Shown here: positions 1 to 10,951 of the stretch, piece after piece | How positions within the stretch are numbered: position 1 is the first letter of the stretch | Layout: each line of letters opens with the position of its first letter | IMG/VR virus record: IMGVR_UViG_3300021255_001602 | Location: 64,001-128,000 of that record | DNA from: a virus | Lineage: Duplodnaviria; Heunggongvirae; Uroviricota; Caudoviricetes | DNA: 64,000 nt | Reading direction: 5' to 3' (one strand) | Translations under genes and position numbers: made by a program | Notes under the pieces: model-generated | The model's database searches: none | Seen by the model: only the letters and a program-made list of their open reading frames with translations | What the model was told of the DNA's origin: nothing

Positions 1-3000
1 AATAAATCAGTTACTATTACCACTAATAAGGTTACAAATATTAGAACTAATAAAATTCCTCCTATTAATGGCTCTGCTCATATAATGGGCACGGTGATGA
101 CAGGCGGTCATGCTTACGCTAATGGAACATATAGTGGTAAATGGGGACTCCAACAAGATGAAAATGGAAGTTTGGTCAATGAAATTGGCCCAGAGCTGGT
201 TGTTAATAGCCGTACTGGTCAATGGCAGATTTTAAATAATGGTTATCCTACTTTTGCCAATTTTAAAAAGGGTGATATTATTTTCAATGCGGAACAAACC
301 GAATCTCTTCTTAAAAATGGTTATATACAAGGATCATATGCTAAATTAAAAGGCAATGCATTTGCTGAGGGCACAACGCCTGATTTGGATGAAGAAGATT
401 TAGATGAGGCCATAGGCGATGCGTTCGCTGCTGGTACAGCTAAATGGAACGGGCAGTTATCCGGTGAAGCGCATGCTGGTCATGCAAAATGGAATCCTAG
501 TAAAGCTAAACGTTCAGGCTCTTCCAAATCTAAATCTTCCGGTGGTCATTCCAGTAAATCCAAAAAATCCAAAGGTAAAAAAGGCAAGAAATCCAAATCC
601 TCCAAATCCTCTTCCAGCTCTAAAGCAAAGGATTTCCTTGAAACACTGGACGCCATTGAGATTCAGATTAACCGCATAGACGCTCTGTTCCAAAAACTCG
701 ACACTGATATTGGTAAAACTTATACTACATTTGGTGCTCGTACAGGCGCACTCACAACTGAATTCTCTGCGTTGCAAGCAGAAATTAAACGTGTGGACGC
801 ATCATTAAAGGGTGCTAACTCTTCTACCAACTACCTTCGTAAAGCAGCTGATGCAGCTCGTACAGCTGGTCTTAAGAAAGGTGACGAGGGCTATAAAGCA
901 GGTTCACAAGGTGCATCTGGTGTTGGACTTAGTAGTGCATGGATTGCTAGGATTCAAAACTCTGTTAATACAGGCTCTTATATGACGCTTAATGACGTCA
1001 AGGATGAGGGACTTTGGAAAAAGATTCAGGCTTATCAGACTTGGTATGATAAATACGTTAAGCTTCAACAGAAGAAACAAGACTATATTAATAAGCTGTC
1101 TCAACTGACGATTCAGAAACTTCAGCTTATTCAGTCTCAATATAATGCATCGCTTGAAACAATATCAACCACATTAACTAGAAACCAGAATTTACTTGAC
1201 TTGCAAACCAGTCGTGCAGCGGATCAGGCAAATTCTTATTTTAATGGAAAATACACAGCTTATAACAATCAAATTAAGACACTCCAAGCTGAAGCCAAAG
1301 CACTCACCAATGCGCTTAATGAGGGTGTGCGTAACGGTACTATTACTCGTGGTTCTGAAGAATGGACTAAATGGAGCAATCAGATTGCATCTATTAACAA
1401 CGATATTATTAAAGCACAGAAGGATATTGCAGACACTGCGGTAGCACAGATTCAATATGTTCAGGATAAGTGGCAGACCACTTTGGATATGCTTGAAACT
1501 AATATGGATACATATGAGAAATGGATCGACAGATTCCAGTATACTCAAAATATTTATCCTATTCAGACAAATGCTACTAATAGCAACGACTCTACTCTTA
1601 AATATTATGAGACAGAGATATCCATGAACAAGACTCGCATGGCAGACCTGCAAGCACAGGCCAATGCTATGCAAGCGGCTCTGAATAGTGCTGTAAACAA
1701 TAATAGAATTCAGAAAAATTCCGAAGAGTGGAAGAAGTGGCAGACCCAGATTCAGCAAGTTAAGAATGAGATTATTGAGACTCAGAATGCAATCAGCCAG
1801 TTAGCGGTTGACAAGCTTGAACATATTCAGACACGCTGGGAAGCTTCTATCGACCATATGAGTACTGTGCTTAAACGGTTTGAAGCATTCGCAGACCTTG
1901 AAGAGACCAAGGGTTATGATATTAGTGAAAAGTATTATCAAGAACAGATTAAAGGCAATAATCAAATTCTTGATGAATTAACACGTAAAGCGAGTAATCT
2001 TCAAGAAAGTCTTAACGAGGCAGTTATTCATGGACGTGTCCTTACTTATTCTGAAGAATGGTATAAGTGGGCTGAATCTATTGAAGACGTCAAGAATGAA
2101 ATCGTTAGTACTCAAGAAGAAATCGCTGACCTCAACAACGAAATTCGTCAACTGGCTTGGGATCGTTTTGAGCGTATTCAAGATCAGATTAGTGACGTTG
2201 TAGATGAAATGGATTTCTTGAATGGTCTCATTTATGAAAATGACTTGTTTGAAGAAAACGGAATGGTCACTGATAAAGGTCGTGCATCTGGCGGCCTGAT
2301 TGCACAGCAATATGATTTGTTAATGAAAGAAGCCCAGAATTACAGGCGTGAAATTCTGGCAATTAATGAAGATATTGCCAAAGACCCGAATAATCAGAAA
2401 CTTATCAAACAACGCAATGACTGGATTAAGAGCCAGCAATCTGTTATTGAAAATGCCCGCAAACAAAAAGAGGCAATGGTTGACCTTGCTGAAAAGGGCA
2501 TCAAGAAACAGATTGATTACATGAGTGAGTTAATTGATAAGTATGAGGAGGCTCTGGACAAACAGCGTGACCAAGAACAGTACGCCAAGAATATAGCTGA
2601 TAAACAGAAGTCTATTTCCAATCTTGAAAAACAGCTTCGTTCTATGGGTGGCGATGATTCTGAAGAAGGTCGTGCAAGAAGGCAGCAGTTACAAGACCAG
2701 TTGAAACAAGCCCGTGAAGATTTACAGGATACTCAGGAAGATAAGCGACTCTCTGACATTAAAGAAATGCTTGGAGACATGCAGGACAAGTATGAAGACG
2801 TCCTGAATGACAGGCTCGATAATATTGACCAGTTATTCTCCGATGCTATTACTGTAATTAATCAGAACGGTGCTGATATAGCGGCTACGATTAGGGCTGT
2901 TGGTGCATCCGTTGGGTATAATCTGACTACTAATATCAATAAGACCTATGAAGGTGTTGCTAATACTGACGATAATAGTTCTGATACTGCGTTAGTATCT

Positions 3001-4113
3001 GGTACAGTTAATGGTAATTTTAATAATGGTAGTGCGACTACATTGAAGACAGCGCAACAAGCTGAAGCTGACGCTGAACGTGCAAGGCAAGAAGCTGATA
3101 GTACAGCAACTAAAAATATTGCCAGTGTTACTACTACCACTGTTAAGACCACTACGACTACGACTACCACTACTACTACCACTAAGAAGCCAACTACAAC
3201 TACGAAGAAAGCGACCACAACCGCTAAAAAGGTAGTAGCAACCACTAAAAAAGTAGCAACTACTACAAAGAAACCGACTACAACTACTAGAAAAGCTGGT
3301 TTCCAAAAAGTAGGCAATTATTATTATTATTACAATTCAAATGGCACTATTAAAAAAGGCAATTATACTGCAAATGGATATAAAATTGAATCCAATGCTT
3401 CAACAGGTGCTGTCAAGAATGGTATTGTAAAAACTAACGATGGTTATAGAAGATATATTAAAAATGGCTCTATCCAACATGGTTGGCAAAAGATTGGCAA
3501 TAAGAAATATTATTTCAGTGTTCCTTGGGATGGAGTTATGCTTACAGGACTTCGAGAGATTGGTAATCATACTTATTATCTTGATCCAACAACTGGAGCA
3601 CTTCGAAAGTCTGACTTTACTCTTAATGGGCTTACTTATGATGTCGCTAGTAAAGATGGGCATATTAGAACAGCTAAAAATAAAAAAGGGAAGGTTGTTA
3701 AAAGATATGCCAAAGGTACAAAATATGTCCCTAAAACAGATATGTACCAAGTCGATGAAAAAGGACAGGAAGTCTTTATTAATAGTAAAGGTAAGATTTA
3801 TACCCGTCTTGAAAAGGGTGCAGCGGTTCTTCCTCATAAAGCGGCACTTAACCTTCTTGATGGTATGTCCAATCCTGTTGAATTTATTAAAGATCATATG
3901 GATTTAAGGCCAAGCAAGAGTATTACAAATACAACGACAAGTGGCGACACTTATAATAATGTAACCTTTAATCTGCCCCGTGTCACGAATTATAGCGAAT
4001 TTATGCGTGAGGCTCAGAAAGACCCGAACTTCACAAAATATATTCAAGAAATTTCGATTGGCACATTGAATGGCAATAACTCTCTCAAGAGTAATTCTAT
4101 TCGATTCAGGTAA
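1..4113 (+). CDS. Tape measure protein, C-terminal part (5'-truncated), with Thr/Lys-rich linker and cell-wall-binding-type repeats near the C-terminus
   Basis: Frame is open from base 1; long Q/E/K/A-rich coiled-coil; AYANGT...NEIGPE and RYAKGT...DEKGQE motifs typical of tape measure proteins; followed by Dit/Tal-like genes. Confidence 0.85.
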   Translation, partial: NKSVTITTNKVTNIRTNKIPPINGSAHIMGTVMTGGHAYANGTYSGKWGLQQDENGSLVNEIGPELVVNSRTGQWQILNNGYPTFANFKKGDIIFNAEQTESLLKNGYIQGSYAKLKGNAFAEGTTPDLDEEDLDEAIGDAFAAGTAKWNGQLSGEAHAGHAKWNPSKAKRSGSSKSKSSGGHSSKSKKSKGKKGKKSKSSKSSSSSKAKDFLETLDAIEIQINRIDALFQKLDTDIGKTYTTFGARTGALTTEFSALQAEIKRVDASLKGANSSTNYLRKAADAARTAGLKKGDEGYKAGSQGASGVGLSSAWIARIQNSVNTGSYMTLNDVKDEGLWKKIQAYQTWYDKYVKLQQKKQDYINKLSQLTIQKLQLIQSQYNASLETISTTLTRNQNLLDLQTSRAADQANSYFNGKYTAYNNQIKTLQAEAKALTNALNEGVRNGTITRGSEEWTKWSNQIASINNDIIKAQKDIADTAVAQIQYVQDKWQTTLDMLETNMDTYEKWIDRFQYTQNIYPIQTNATNSNDSTLKYYETEISMNKTRMADLQAQANAMQAALNSAVNNNRIQKNSEEWKKWQTQIQQVKNEIIETQNAISQLAVDKLEHIQTRWEASIDHMSTVLKRFEAFADLEETKGYDISEKYYQEQIKGNNQILDELTRKASNLQESLNEAVIHGRVLTYSEEWYKWAESIEDVKNEIVSTQEEIADLNNEIRQLAWDRFERIQDQISDVVDEMDFLNGLIYENDLFEENGMVTDKGRASGGLIAQQYDLLMKEAQNYRREILAINEDIAKDPNNQKLIKQRNDWIKSQQSVIENARKQKEAMVDLAEKGIKKQIDYMSELIDKYEEALDKQRDQEQYAKNIADKQKSISNLEKQLRSMGGDDSEEGRARRQQLQDQLKQAREDLQDTQEDKRLSDIKEMLGDMQDKYEDVLNDRLDNIDQLFSDAITVINQNGADIAATIRAVGASVGYNLTTNINKTYEGVANTDDNSSDTALVSGTVNGNFNNGSATTLKTAQQAEADAERARQEADSTATKNIASVTTTTVKTTTTTTTTTTTTKKPTTTTKKATTTAKKVVATTKKVATTTKKPTTTTRKAGFQKVGNYYYYYNSNGTIKKGNYTANGYKIESNASTGAVKNGIVKTNDGYRRYIKNGSIQHGWQKIGNKKYYFSVPWDGVMLTGLREIGNHTYYLDPTTGALRKSDFTLNGLTYDVASKDGHIRTAKNKKGKVVKRYAKGTKYVPKTDMYQVDEKGQEVFINSKGKIYTRLEKGAAVLPHKAALNLLDGMSNPVEFIKDHMDLRPSKSITNTTTSGDTYNNVTFNLPRVTNYSEFMREAQKDPNFTKYIQEISIGTLNGNNSLKSNSIRFR

Positions 4114-4121
4114 TTATTTTA

Positions 4122-4155
4122 TGACAGGCGCTCTTAATCGGGCGTCTGTCATTTT
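4122..4155 (+). terminator. Rho-independent terminator
   Basis: ATGACAGGCGC/GCGTCTGTCAT hairpin followed by TTTT just after the tape measure stop. Confidence 0.7.
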
Positions 4156-4172
4156 CTAATAGGAGGACAGCG

Positions 4173-4451
4173 ATGAATAATATTAAAGATGAATTTGATG
4201 AGATTGATGAACTTGTGAATGAGTCAACAACTAACGATAATGATAAACAATTATTAAAAGATGCTTTGACTGAAGTCAGGGAACTAAAAAAAATGTATCA
4301 GCAGGAAATTGCTCGATATAAAGAAGTAACACGTCAGCTCCAAGTTGGATTAAGTGAATTAAAAACACTTAAGGAAGAATTTGCAGAACTTCAAGATTTA
4401 ATGTATGAAGATGAAGATGAAGATGAGGCTGACGAAGATATTGAAGAATGA
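4173..4451 (+). CDS. Hypothetical acidic coiled-coil protein
   Basis: 92 aa ORF with AGGAGG RBS. Confidence 0.7.
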   Translation: MNNIKDEFDEIDELVNESTTNDNDKQLLKDALTEVRELKKMYQQEIARYKEVTRQLQVGLSELKTLKEEFAELQDLMYEDEDEDEADEDIEE

Positions 4452-4478
4452 AAACAATAAGAAAGGCGGTGTTTCATT

Positions 4479-5276
4479 TTGGCAATAAGCAGTTTCACAT
4501 ATGATGGCATTAGCCTACAAGATTTTAATGACGGAAAGTATATTTTAGGATATTTTTCAGCTGATGAGAATCCCAAAGAGGGGCAGCGCAATTATAATAA
4601 GACGTCTCTGTTTATGGGGCTTGAACAGCCATTTGTCTATTATAATTATGAAGACACCATTACTTTTACACTTGGTATTATTAAAAATCCATGTTTAACA
4701 AATGAAGACGAGATCACGGTTAAAGAAATGGAAGAATTAAAAAGATGGCTTTGTAGACCAGCACCGCATTCTTTTAAAATAGATGACCCTAAATATGAAG
4801 ATGTATTTTGGGAGGGGACGTTTCAATTAGAAGAAGATATTACAGGTTCAAAGCGTACAGGTGTGGTGTTAACTTTTGAGAGCACCCGTCCCTATGCATT
4901 ACAAGAAGATGTAATATTAATGGGCGATACGGAAGCTGAAGACAGTATTATAATTTTAGATGAATCTGTAGAAATTGGCTATATCTATCCTGATATGGTT
5001 ATTACCTGTAAAGAAAGCGGCGATTTAACAATTAACAACTCATTTGATAATCGGCAAACAATTATTAAAAATTGTGAACAGGACGAAACCATTACATTTT
5101 CCAAGTATTTACAAATTACATCCAGTTCCGAATCGCACGATATAGCTAATGATTTTAACTATAAGTTTCTAAGGATAGGCAATAACTTTGATACACAGGA
5201 AAATATCATCTCTTTTTCATTGCCTTGCGAATATAGCATTATTTATAATCCTGTGCGCAAGGTTATTCCTATTTAA
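4479..5276 (+). CDS. Distal tail (Dit)-like protein
   Basis: 265 aa; SSFTYDGISL N-terminus; position after tape measure; ends YNPVRKV as in siphovirus Dit proteins. Confidence 0.7.
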   Translation: MAISSFTYDGISLQDFNDGKYILGYFSADENPKEGQRNYNKTSLFMGLEQPFVYYNYEDTITFTLGIIKNPCLTNEDEITVKEMEELKRWLCRPAPHSFKIDDPKYEDVFWEGTFQLEEDITGSKRTGVVLTFESTRPYALQEDVILMGDTEAEDSIIILDESVEIGYIYPDMVITCKESGDLTINNSFDNRQTIIKNCEQDETITFSKYLQITSSSESHDIANDFNYKFLRIGNNFDTQENIISFSLPCEYSIIYNPVRKVIPI

Positions 5277-5296
5277 TAGAACAGGAGGACACAGAT

Positions 5297-8200
5297 ATGG
5301 ATAACTATTATATTGAAACAGATTCAATCAAACAGCCTATATCTCCACCTGTTATCCTTGCGCATAAAAGCGGTAGAAAAATTGGTGTATTAAATATTGA
5401 TGAACGCACACTTGTTATAAAAGTAGAATTGCAGGATTCTGAAATCTTATATTCAGAGTGTTCATTTGATGTCCATAAATACATTAATACTTTTTTAAAC
5501 CCTTTGTGGAATGGAGTAAAGAATTTTAAAACAGTCTGTATTCCTATATCTGTACCTCATATTCAAGCTAAAAGTATATGGTATGAAATTGAAGTGACGA
5601 TAGATGAAGAGGATGATACAGTTAAACATATAACAGGTACTCTTGCACAATATGCTGAGTTAGATCAAGTAAACAACTACGAAATCGAAATAAGAACTGA
5701 AGAAGATATGGCAAGAGACGATTATAAAGATACAACCTTTTATAATCCAGACGATCCTGATGCTTCTATCGTTCATAGGGTATTACACGATAAAGCTGGA
5801 CATTATGTGATTAATCATGTAGATGAAAGCTTATGGGATGTTAAACGGACATTCTCATTTAATGGCTCCTCTGTTATTGATTGTTTAAAAGAATTAGCAG
5901 AAACGGTAGACTGTATTATTATTTTAGGAGAAAACATAGACGAAGATGAATGGTCATTACAGCGTACCATTTCATTCTATGATGGTAAAGATTATTGTCC
6001 TGAGTGTGGCAAACGTGGAGATTTTAGCAATGGCTGTACGAATCCTGAATGTACTCATAGCCAAAAAATTATTCCAAGATACGGAAAAGATACAGGGATA
6101 TTTGTTAGTAAAGAAAACTTAGGTGAATCTATCAATTTATCAGTTAATACAGATAATATTAAAAACTGTTTTAGAATCACAGCTGGTGATGATGAAATGA
6201 CTACTGCTGTGATTCTTTGTAATCCAGCAAATTCAAGATATATTTGGCGCTTTACAGATGATATGAGAATGGACATGTCTCCAGAGTTACGTGAAAGATA
6301 TTCTGAATATGAACAAGAATATAATACATACAAGTATGAATATACAATGTCATTGGTGACACGGGCGGCTGATTATAATGAATTGTATGACAAATATTTG
6401 CCCTTATTAAAAAAAGAATTGGGTCATGTAGCCCGACCCATTAAAGGGTATATTGATTTAACCACAGCTTATTATTATTCAACTTATTTGCGGGATTTTT
6501 TACAAAATACAATGTTCCCTGATTCCCCAGATGTAGTAGATACAACTGCTGAAAAAGAAATGAACAAATTCACAATCACAACAGTGGGTGTTCGTAGCTT
6601 AACTGGTTTGTCTAAATCAACAACAGCAGATGATGTTGAAGAACTGGTCAGAGTTTATGTAGATGATGCTCGATATTCTATTGAAGTTGTGACAGATACA
6701 TATGAGGATAAACAGTGGACAGGTTCTATCACTCTTACATCATTTACAGACGATGAAGATACATGTACACGTACTTTTAATTTAACCTTTACTCAGGCAA
6801 CCGCTGAGTACCTTAAAGATCAGGTAGATATCTATATGAAGCGCAAAGATGCTGTGGTTAGTGGCGCTAAGGATTTGTTCAAACAAGAAGATAATATTTT
6901 TAAGGCTGAGATTAAAAAGTATAATCTTACATCTTTGATTGACATGAGAGCGGCTGCGGAAAGTGTGCTGTTAATGTTAGATGATGCAGGAATTACACAA
7001 GCAACAGCGCCCGATGTTTATCGTGATATATATAAGCCTTTTAGTGATAAAAAGGACTATCTGGCACAAGAAATTACGCTTAAAGATACAGAAGTAGGAA
7101 TGTTAAACGCTTTGATTGCGCAGATTGAACAACAGCAAGATGTTATAAATACGGCATTGAATTTGGAAGACTATCTTGGTGAAACCTTATGGTTGGAGTT
7201 ACTGTCTTTTAGAAGAGAAGCAGATCAAAGTGACAGCACTATTATTAGTCAAGGACTAACAGAAGCTGAGATAATAGAAAATGCAATTGAATTTTATAAT
7301 CGAGCAGATGAAGATATTGATAAATTAACAGAATCTGTATATGAGATTGATTGCACATTAAAAGATTTGTTATTAATGCTTCCAGATATATATGAAGAAC
7401 GTAAAATAGAGTTTGATGTGGGCAACTGGCTTAGAATTGAAGTTGATGATAAAATTTATAAGTTGCGCTTGTTAAGCTATGAAATTGATTTTAATAATTT
7501 AACTACCATTCAGACATCTTTTGGTACAGCTAATAGATCGAACAATACTATTTATTCTACTTTTAATAAAATGCTGCGCACGACAGCCGATAACAATCAA
7601 GGACTGGCAGATATTTCAAAACGAATGACGGACGCAGAAAGAACATCGGCAATTGTTAATCAAATATCCAGTTTTACATATACGCCTGATAATCGTTTGG
7701 TCGCTAATATTGATGGTAAAACGATTATCATGAACAACGATGAAACATTATCTGAATATTTAAAACGGTCTATTCGTGATGTTAACGGCGCTTTGGCTAT
7801 TATGCTGACAAATGAATTTGAGGGGATCACTACTGATGAAGATGGTAACAATGGAGACTACTCTTCTTGTTATACAGATGTTCATATTTATTACGGTGAT
7901 GCTGATATAACTGATAGTCCTGATATCGAATGGGACGTTGCTATTCCTTCAAGCGCTACTAGTACATGGGATGCAACAAATCATAGAGTAACAGTAACAA
8001 ATACGACAGCTGATATTGTTATTATAGAAATATTTGCTACTTATAAAGATTTAGAAGTTAAAAAGGTATTTACGATAAAGAAAATTAAACAGCCATCTTC
8101 TCCTATTGTTGTTAATATTGATTCCAGTGCGGGCAATATCTTTAATAGCAGAGGTATAAACACTATTCTTACATGCACTGTCATGAAAGGTACGCAAGAT

Positions 8201-8353
8201 ATAACAGATCAAGTGAAAAATTTCCACTGGATTAAATATGATAAAGATGGCAACGAAGACCCTGATTGGAGTAGGATGAGTGCGCAAAAGATTACTCTCT
8301 CTACCGCAGACATTCAAAGCAAAGGTATTTTTAAATGTGAAGTATCTTTTTAA
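5297..8353 (+). CDS. Tail-associated (Tal/baseplate hub-like) minor tail protein
   Basis: 1018 aa after Dit; AGGAGG RBS; coiled-coil middle, beta-rich C-terminus; Cys cluster CPECG...CTNPEC. Confidence 0.65.
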   Translation: MDNYYIETDSIKQPISPPVILAHKSGRKIGVLNIDERTLVIKVELQDSEILYSECSFDVHKYINTFLNPLWNGVKNFKTVCIPISVPHIQAKSIWYEIEVTIDEEDDTVKHITGTLAQYAELDQVNNYEIEIRTEEDMARDDYKDTTFYNPDDPDASIVHRVLHDKAGHYVINHVDESLWDVKRTFSFNGSSVIDCLKELAETVDCIIILGENIDEDEWSLQRTISFYDGKDYCPECGKRGDFSNGCTNPECTHSQKIIPRYGKDTGIFVSKENLGESINLSVNTDNIKNCFRITAGDDEMTTAVILCNPANSRYIWRFTDDMRMDMSPELRERYSEYEQEYNTYKYEYTMSLVTRAADYNELYDKYLPLLKKELGHVARPIKGYIDLTTAYYYSTYLRDFLQNTMFPDSPDVVDTTAEKEMNKFTITTVGVRSLTGLSKSTTADDVEELVRVYVDDARYSIEVVTDTYEDKQWTGSITLTSFTDDEDTCTRTFNLTFTQATAEYLKDQVDIYMKRKDAVVSGAKDLFKQEDNIFKAEIKKYNLTSLIDMRAAAESVLLMLDDAGITQATAPDVYRDIYKPFSDKKDYLAQEITLKDTEVGMLNALIAQIEQQQDVINTALNLEDYLGETLWLELLSFRREADQSDSTIISQGLTEAEIIENAIEFYNRADEDIDKLTESVYEIDCTLKDLLLMLPDIYEERKIEFDVGNWLRIEVDDKIYKLRLLSYEIDFNNLTTIQTSFGTANRSNNTIYSTFNKMLRTTADNNQGLADISKRMTDAERTSAIVNQISSFTYTPDNRLVANIDGKTIIMNNDETLSEYLKRSIRDVNGALAIMLTNEFEGITTDEDGNNGDYSSCYTDVHIYYGDADITDSPDIEWDVAIPSSATSTWDATNHRVTVTNTTADIVIIEIFATYKDLEVKKVFTIKKIKQPSSPIVVNIDSSAGNIFNSRGINTILTCTVMKGTQDITDQVKNFHWIKYDKDGNEDPDWSRMSAQKITLSTADIQSKGIFKCEVSF

Positions 8354-8381
8354 TATACGATTATAGAAAGGAAAATGGATT

Positions 8382-10880
8382 ATGGCACAAGTTACATATG
8401 GTTCTATAACTTTAGTTGATTTGACTGATGTAGGACAATTATCTGTATATCCTACAAGCAATCAACCTTTATCAATTATATATGACCCAGATCAAAATAC
8501 ATACACTCCTAACTGGAGTACTTCAACTACCAATCTTGTGTTAACCCCAGTTATTTATTATAACAATACTCCTTTAACAGGTAGTACAACAGGGGTAACA
8601 ATTACTTGGAAAAGACGAGAAGGGGCTGGAAATATTACTAACCTTACGTCAGGAGAAACTAAACAGGCAAACGGTAATTTAAAAGTAACTGCCAATAAAT
8701 TTAATTCAAACTCGACAATGATAAGCTATATAGTAACTGTTGAGTATGTAGAGCCTGAAATTCAAAAAACACTAACAGCCGAAGGACAAATTACTTTTAG
8801 TTTAGTCAAGCTTGCTTCTTCCGCTAAAACATGTATTATTTCTGGTGATACAGTATTTAAATATAATACAAATGGTACGTTAGTTAGTGATTCATATATT
8901 ACACTAACCGCAAAAACAAACAACGTATCAATTCAACAATGGCAATATAAAGATGCAGATGGAAATTGGACTCAAATCACAGGTTCTGGCACTAGTGAGA
9001 CATTAGTAGTAAATGCATCTGACAATACTCTCTTTGTTAATGATGTTGCAACTATTCAAGTAATTACTAATGATGAAAATGTTTATGATATTCATTGTAT
9101 TAGTAAATTAAGAGATGGCGCTCCCGGTGATAAAGCAGTGACCGCTGTTTTAACCAATGAAAATCAGATGATCCCTTGTAATTCTTCTGGCACACCTATA
9201 AGCGGTGCGTTTGATGGGGCAACTTCTCAGATTATTATCTACAACGGTGGTACTGATGACACTGAAAATTGGACTATTACGGTTGCTGAAACGGACGTTA
9301 CTATTACTAAATCTACAACTACTCAGACCAACGATACCGTAGCTGTAACAGCCTTATCTGCTCTTACAGGTAAAGTTACATTTACATGTACACGAAGTGG
9401 TTATGATGATATTATTAAAGTTTTTTCATTGGTTAAGGTTACCGCAGGTGCTAATGGTACTACGCCCACCATTTATTCGTTAGAATGCGATGCTATAGCT
9501 ATTAATAAAACCACTCCTGCAAGTGGCGGTACTGTTACTTATACCCCTTCTTCTATTGAAGTCAAGGGTTATTCTCAGACTGGAAACAACGCAAGAGCAG
9601 CTTATGCGGGACGTTTTAAAATTACATCTAATTCAACCGTTATCTATACTTCTACAGCTAATGAATCCGCTTATACAATTAGTGCCAGTAATATAGCAAC
9701 TGCGGCAGCTAATGGCTATATGGTAGTAGAATTATATAAAGCAGGTGGCACTACCGTTCTTCTTGATAAACAAACTATTGTTATTACAGCGGATGGCGCA
9801 AAGGGTGAACAAGGTATTCAAGGTAATGCTGGTAAAGATGCTATCAATGTAGTAATGGGCAACTATGCTGATGTCATTCCTTGTACAAGTGGTAACAAAC
9901 CTATTAGTGAATTTCTTATTGATATTCCATTTACTGGATATAAGGGCACAACTCAGGTCGCTTGTAACGTAGCTACGCCCGCAAAGGTTTTAAATGTTAC
10001 AGCTCAAGTAACTCAGGCAACTGCAACAGCTGTAGGACATGTTAAATATACACTTCCTACAACAACTGATGTAAATGCAGCAAGTGGCACATTATCATTA
10101 TCTTTTACTTGTGAAGGTAAAACTATTGTTCACACTTATACATGGACTCGAAGCACGGCAGCAACTAACGGCGTAAATGCTAAGTTGTTTGAATTATATA
10201 CTACTAATGGTAATGTATTCACAAGTCGTGAATCACAAGATATTACTATTTATGGGCGTCTTATGGATGGTTCTTCAGATAAAACAAGTTCATGTACAAA
10301 CTGGACATGGGCTAAATGGCAAGATGGTGCTTATACCACTATCTCAGGTCAGACGGCTAGTTCAATTAAGATTAACAACTCTACGGTTGAGGGATTTGCT
10401 TCTTATAGATGCACTTGTAAATATAGTAATGTTACATACACCGCTTACTATTCGTTAATTGATAAGCTTGATCCTATTCAGGCAACGGCTTTTTGTTCAC
10501 TTGGAGAACAGATTGTTAATGGGCAAGGACATGGTGCGTTTTATGTTATTGTAACTGATACAGGTACTGGGAAGGAACTTGACCCTCTTAAATCTGACAG
10601 ATTCTTAACAGCAGCTCCAAGTAACCCAGCAACAGGTGATTTCTATTATCATCTTAATGCTTCACAAAAAACAGTCACATTAAAGAAATACACCGGAAGC
10701 GCATGGGCTGATGCTGGTAGTGGAGATTTACCAACTGGTACATATACATGGACATTCCGTGATTCAAGCGGTAACGCAACTACATTTAATGGCGCTTCGT
10801 CTGCAAGTGGTAAAGTTATTTATGTAGATGGTACGCTTGTAACAAAGAAAATTATTGCAGACGTTAAGGTTGAAATCTGA
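8382..10880 (+). CDS. Minor tail/baseplate protein with repeated Ig-like beta domains
   Basis: 832 aa Thr/Gly-rich beta-strand protein; GSITLVDLTD start; short collagen-like GEQGIQG stretch. Confidence 0.65.
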   Translation: MAQVTYGSITLVDLTDVGQLSVYPTSNQPLSIIYDPDQNTYTPNWSTSTTNLVLTPVIYYNNTPLTGSTTGVTITWKRREGAGNITNLTSGETKQANGNLKVTANKFNSNSTMISYIVTVEYVEPEIQKTLTAEGQITFSLVKLASSAKTCIISGDTVFKYNTNGTLVSDSYITLTAKTNNVSIQQWQYKDADGNWTQITGSGTSETLVVNASDNTLFVNDVATIQVITNDENVYDIHCISKLRDGAPGDKAVTAVLTNENQMIPCNSSGTPISGAFDGATSQIIIYNGGTDDTENWTITVAETDVTITKSTTTQTNDTVAVTALSALTGKVTFTCTRSGYDDIIKVFSLVKVTAGANGTTPTIYSLECDAIAINKTTPASGGTVTYTPSSIEVKGYSQTGNNARAAYAGRFKITSNSTVIYTSTANESAYTISASNIATAAANGYMVVELYKAGGTTVLLDKQTIVITADGAKGEQGIQGNAGKDAINVVMGNYADVIPCTSGNKPISEFLIDIPFTGYKGTTQVACNVATPAKVLNVTAQVTQATATAVGHVKYTLPTTTDVNAASGTLSLSFTCEGKTIVHTYTWTRSTAATNGVNAKLFELYTTNGNVFTSRESQDITIYGRLMDGSSDKTSSCTNWTWAKWQDGAYTTISGQTASSIKINNSTVEGFASYRCTCKYSNVTYTAYYSLIDKLDPIQATAFCSLGEQIVNGQGHGAFYVIVTDTGTGKELDPLKSDRFLTAAPSNPATGDFYYHLNASQKTVTLKKYTGSAWADAGSGDLPTGTYTWTFRDSSGNATTFNGASSASGKVIYVDGTLVTKKIIADVKVEI

Positions 10881-10897
10881 TAGTTATATTAGTGCTC

Positions 10898-10931
10898 AAA
10901 ATGCTGATATAACTATCAGCATTTTTTATTT
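10898..10931 (+). terminator. Rho-independent terminator
   Basis: AAAATGCTGATA/TATCAGCATTTT hairpin plus T-run. Confidence 0.65.
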
Positions 10932-10951
10932 GAAAGAAAGGAATAACTAAT

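Noticed and set aside
2946-3317. Val-rich - strand ORFs
   Set aside because: Antisense readout of the Thr-rich linker of the tape measure gene
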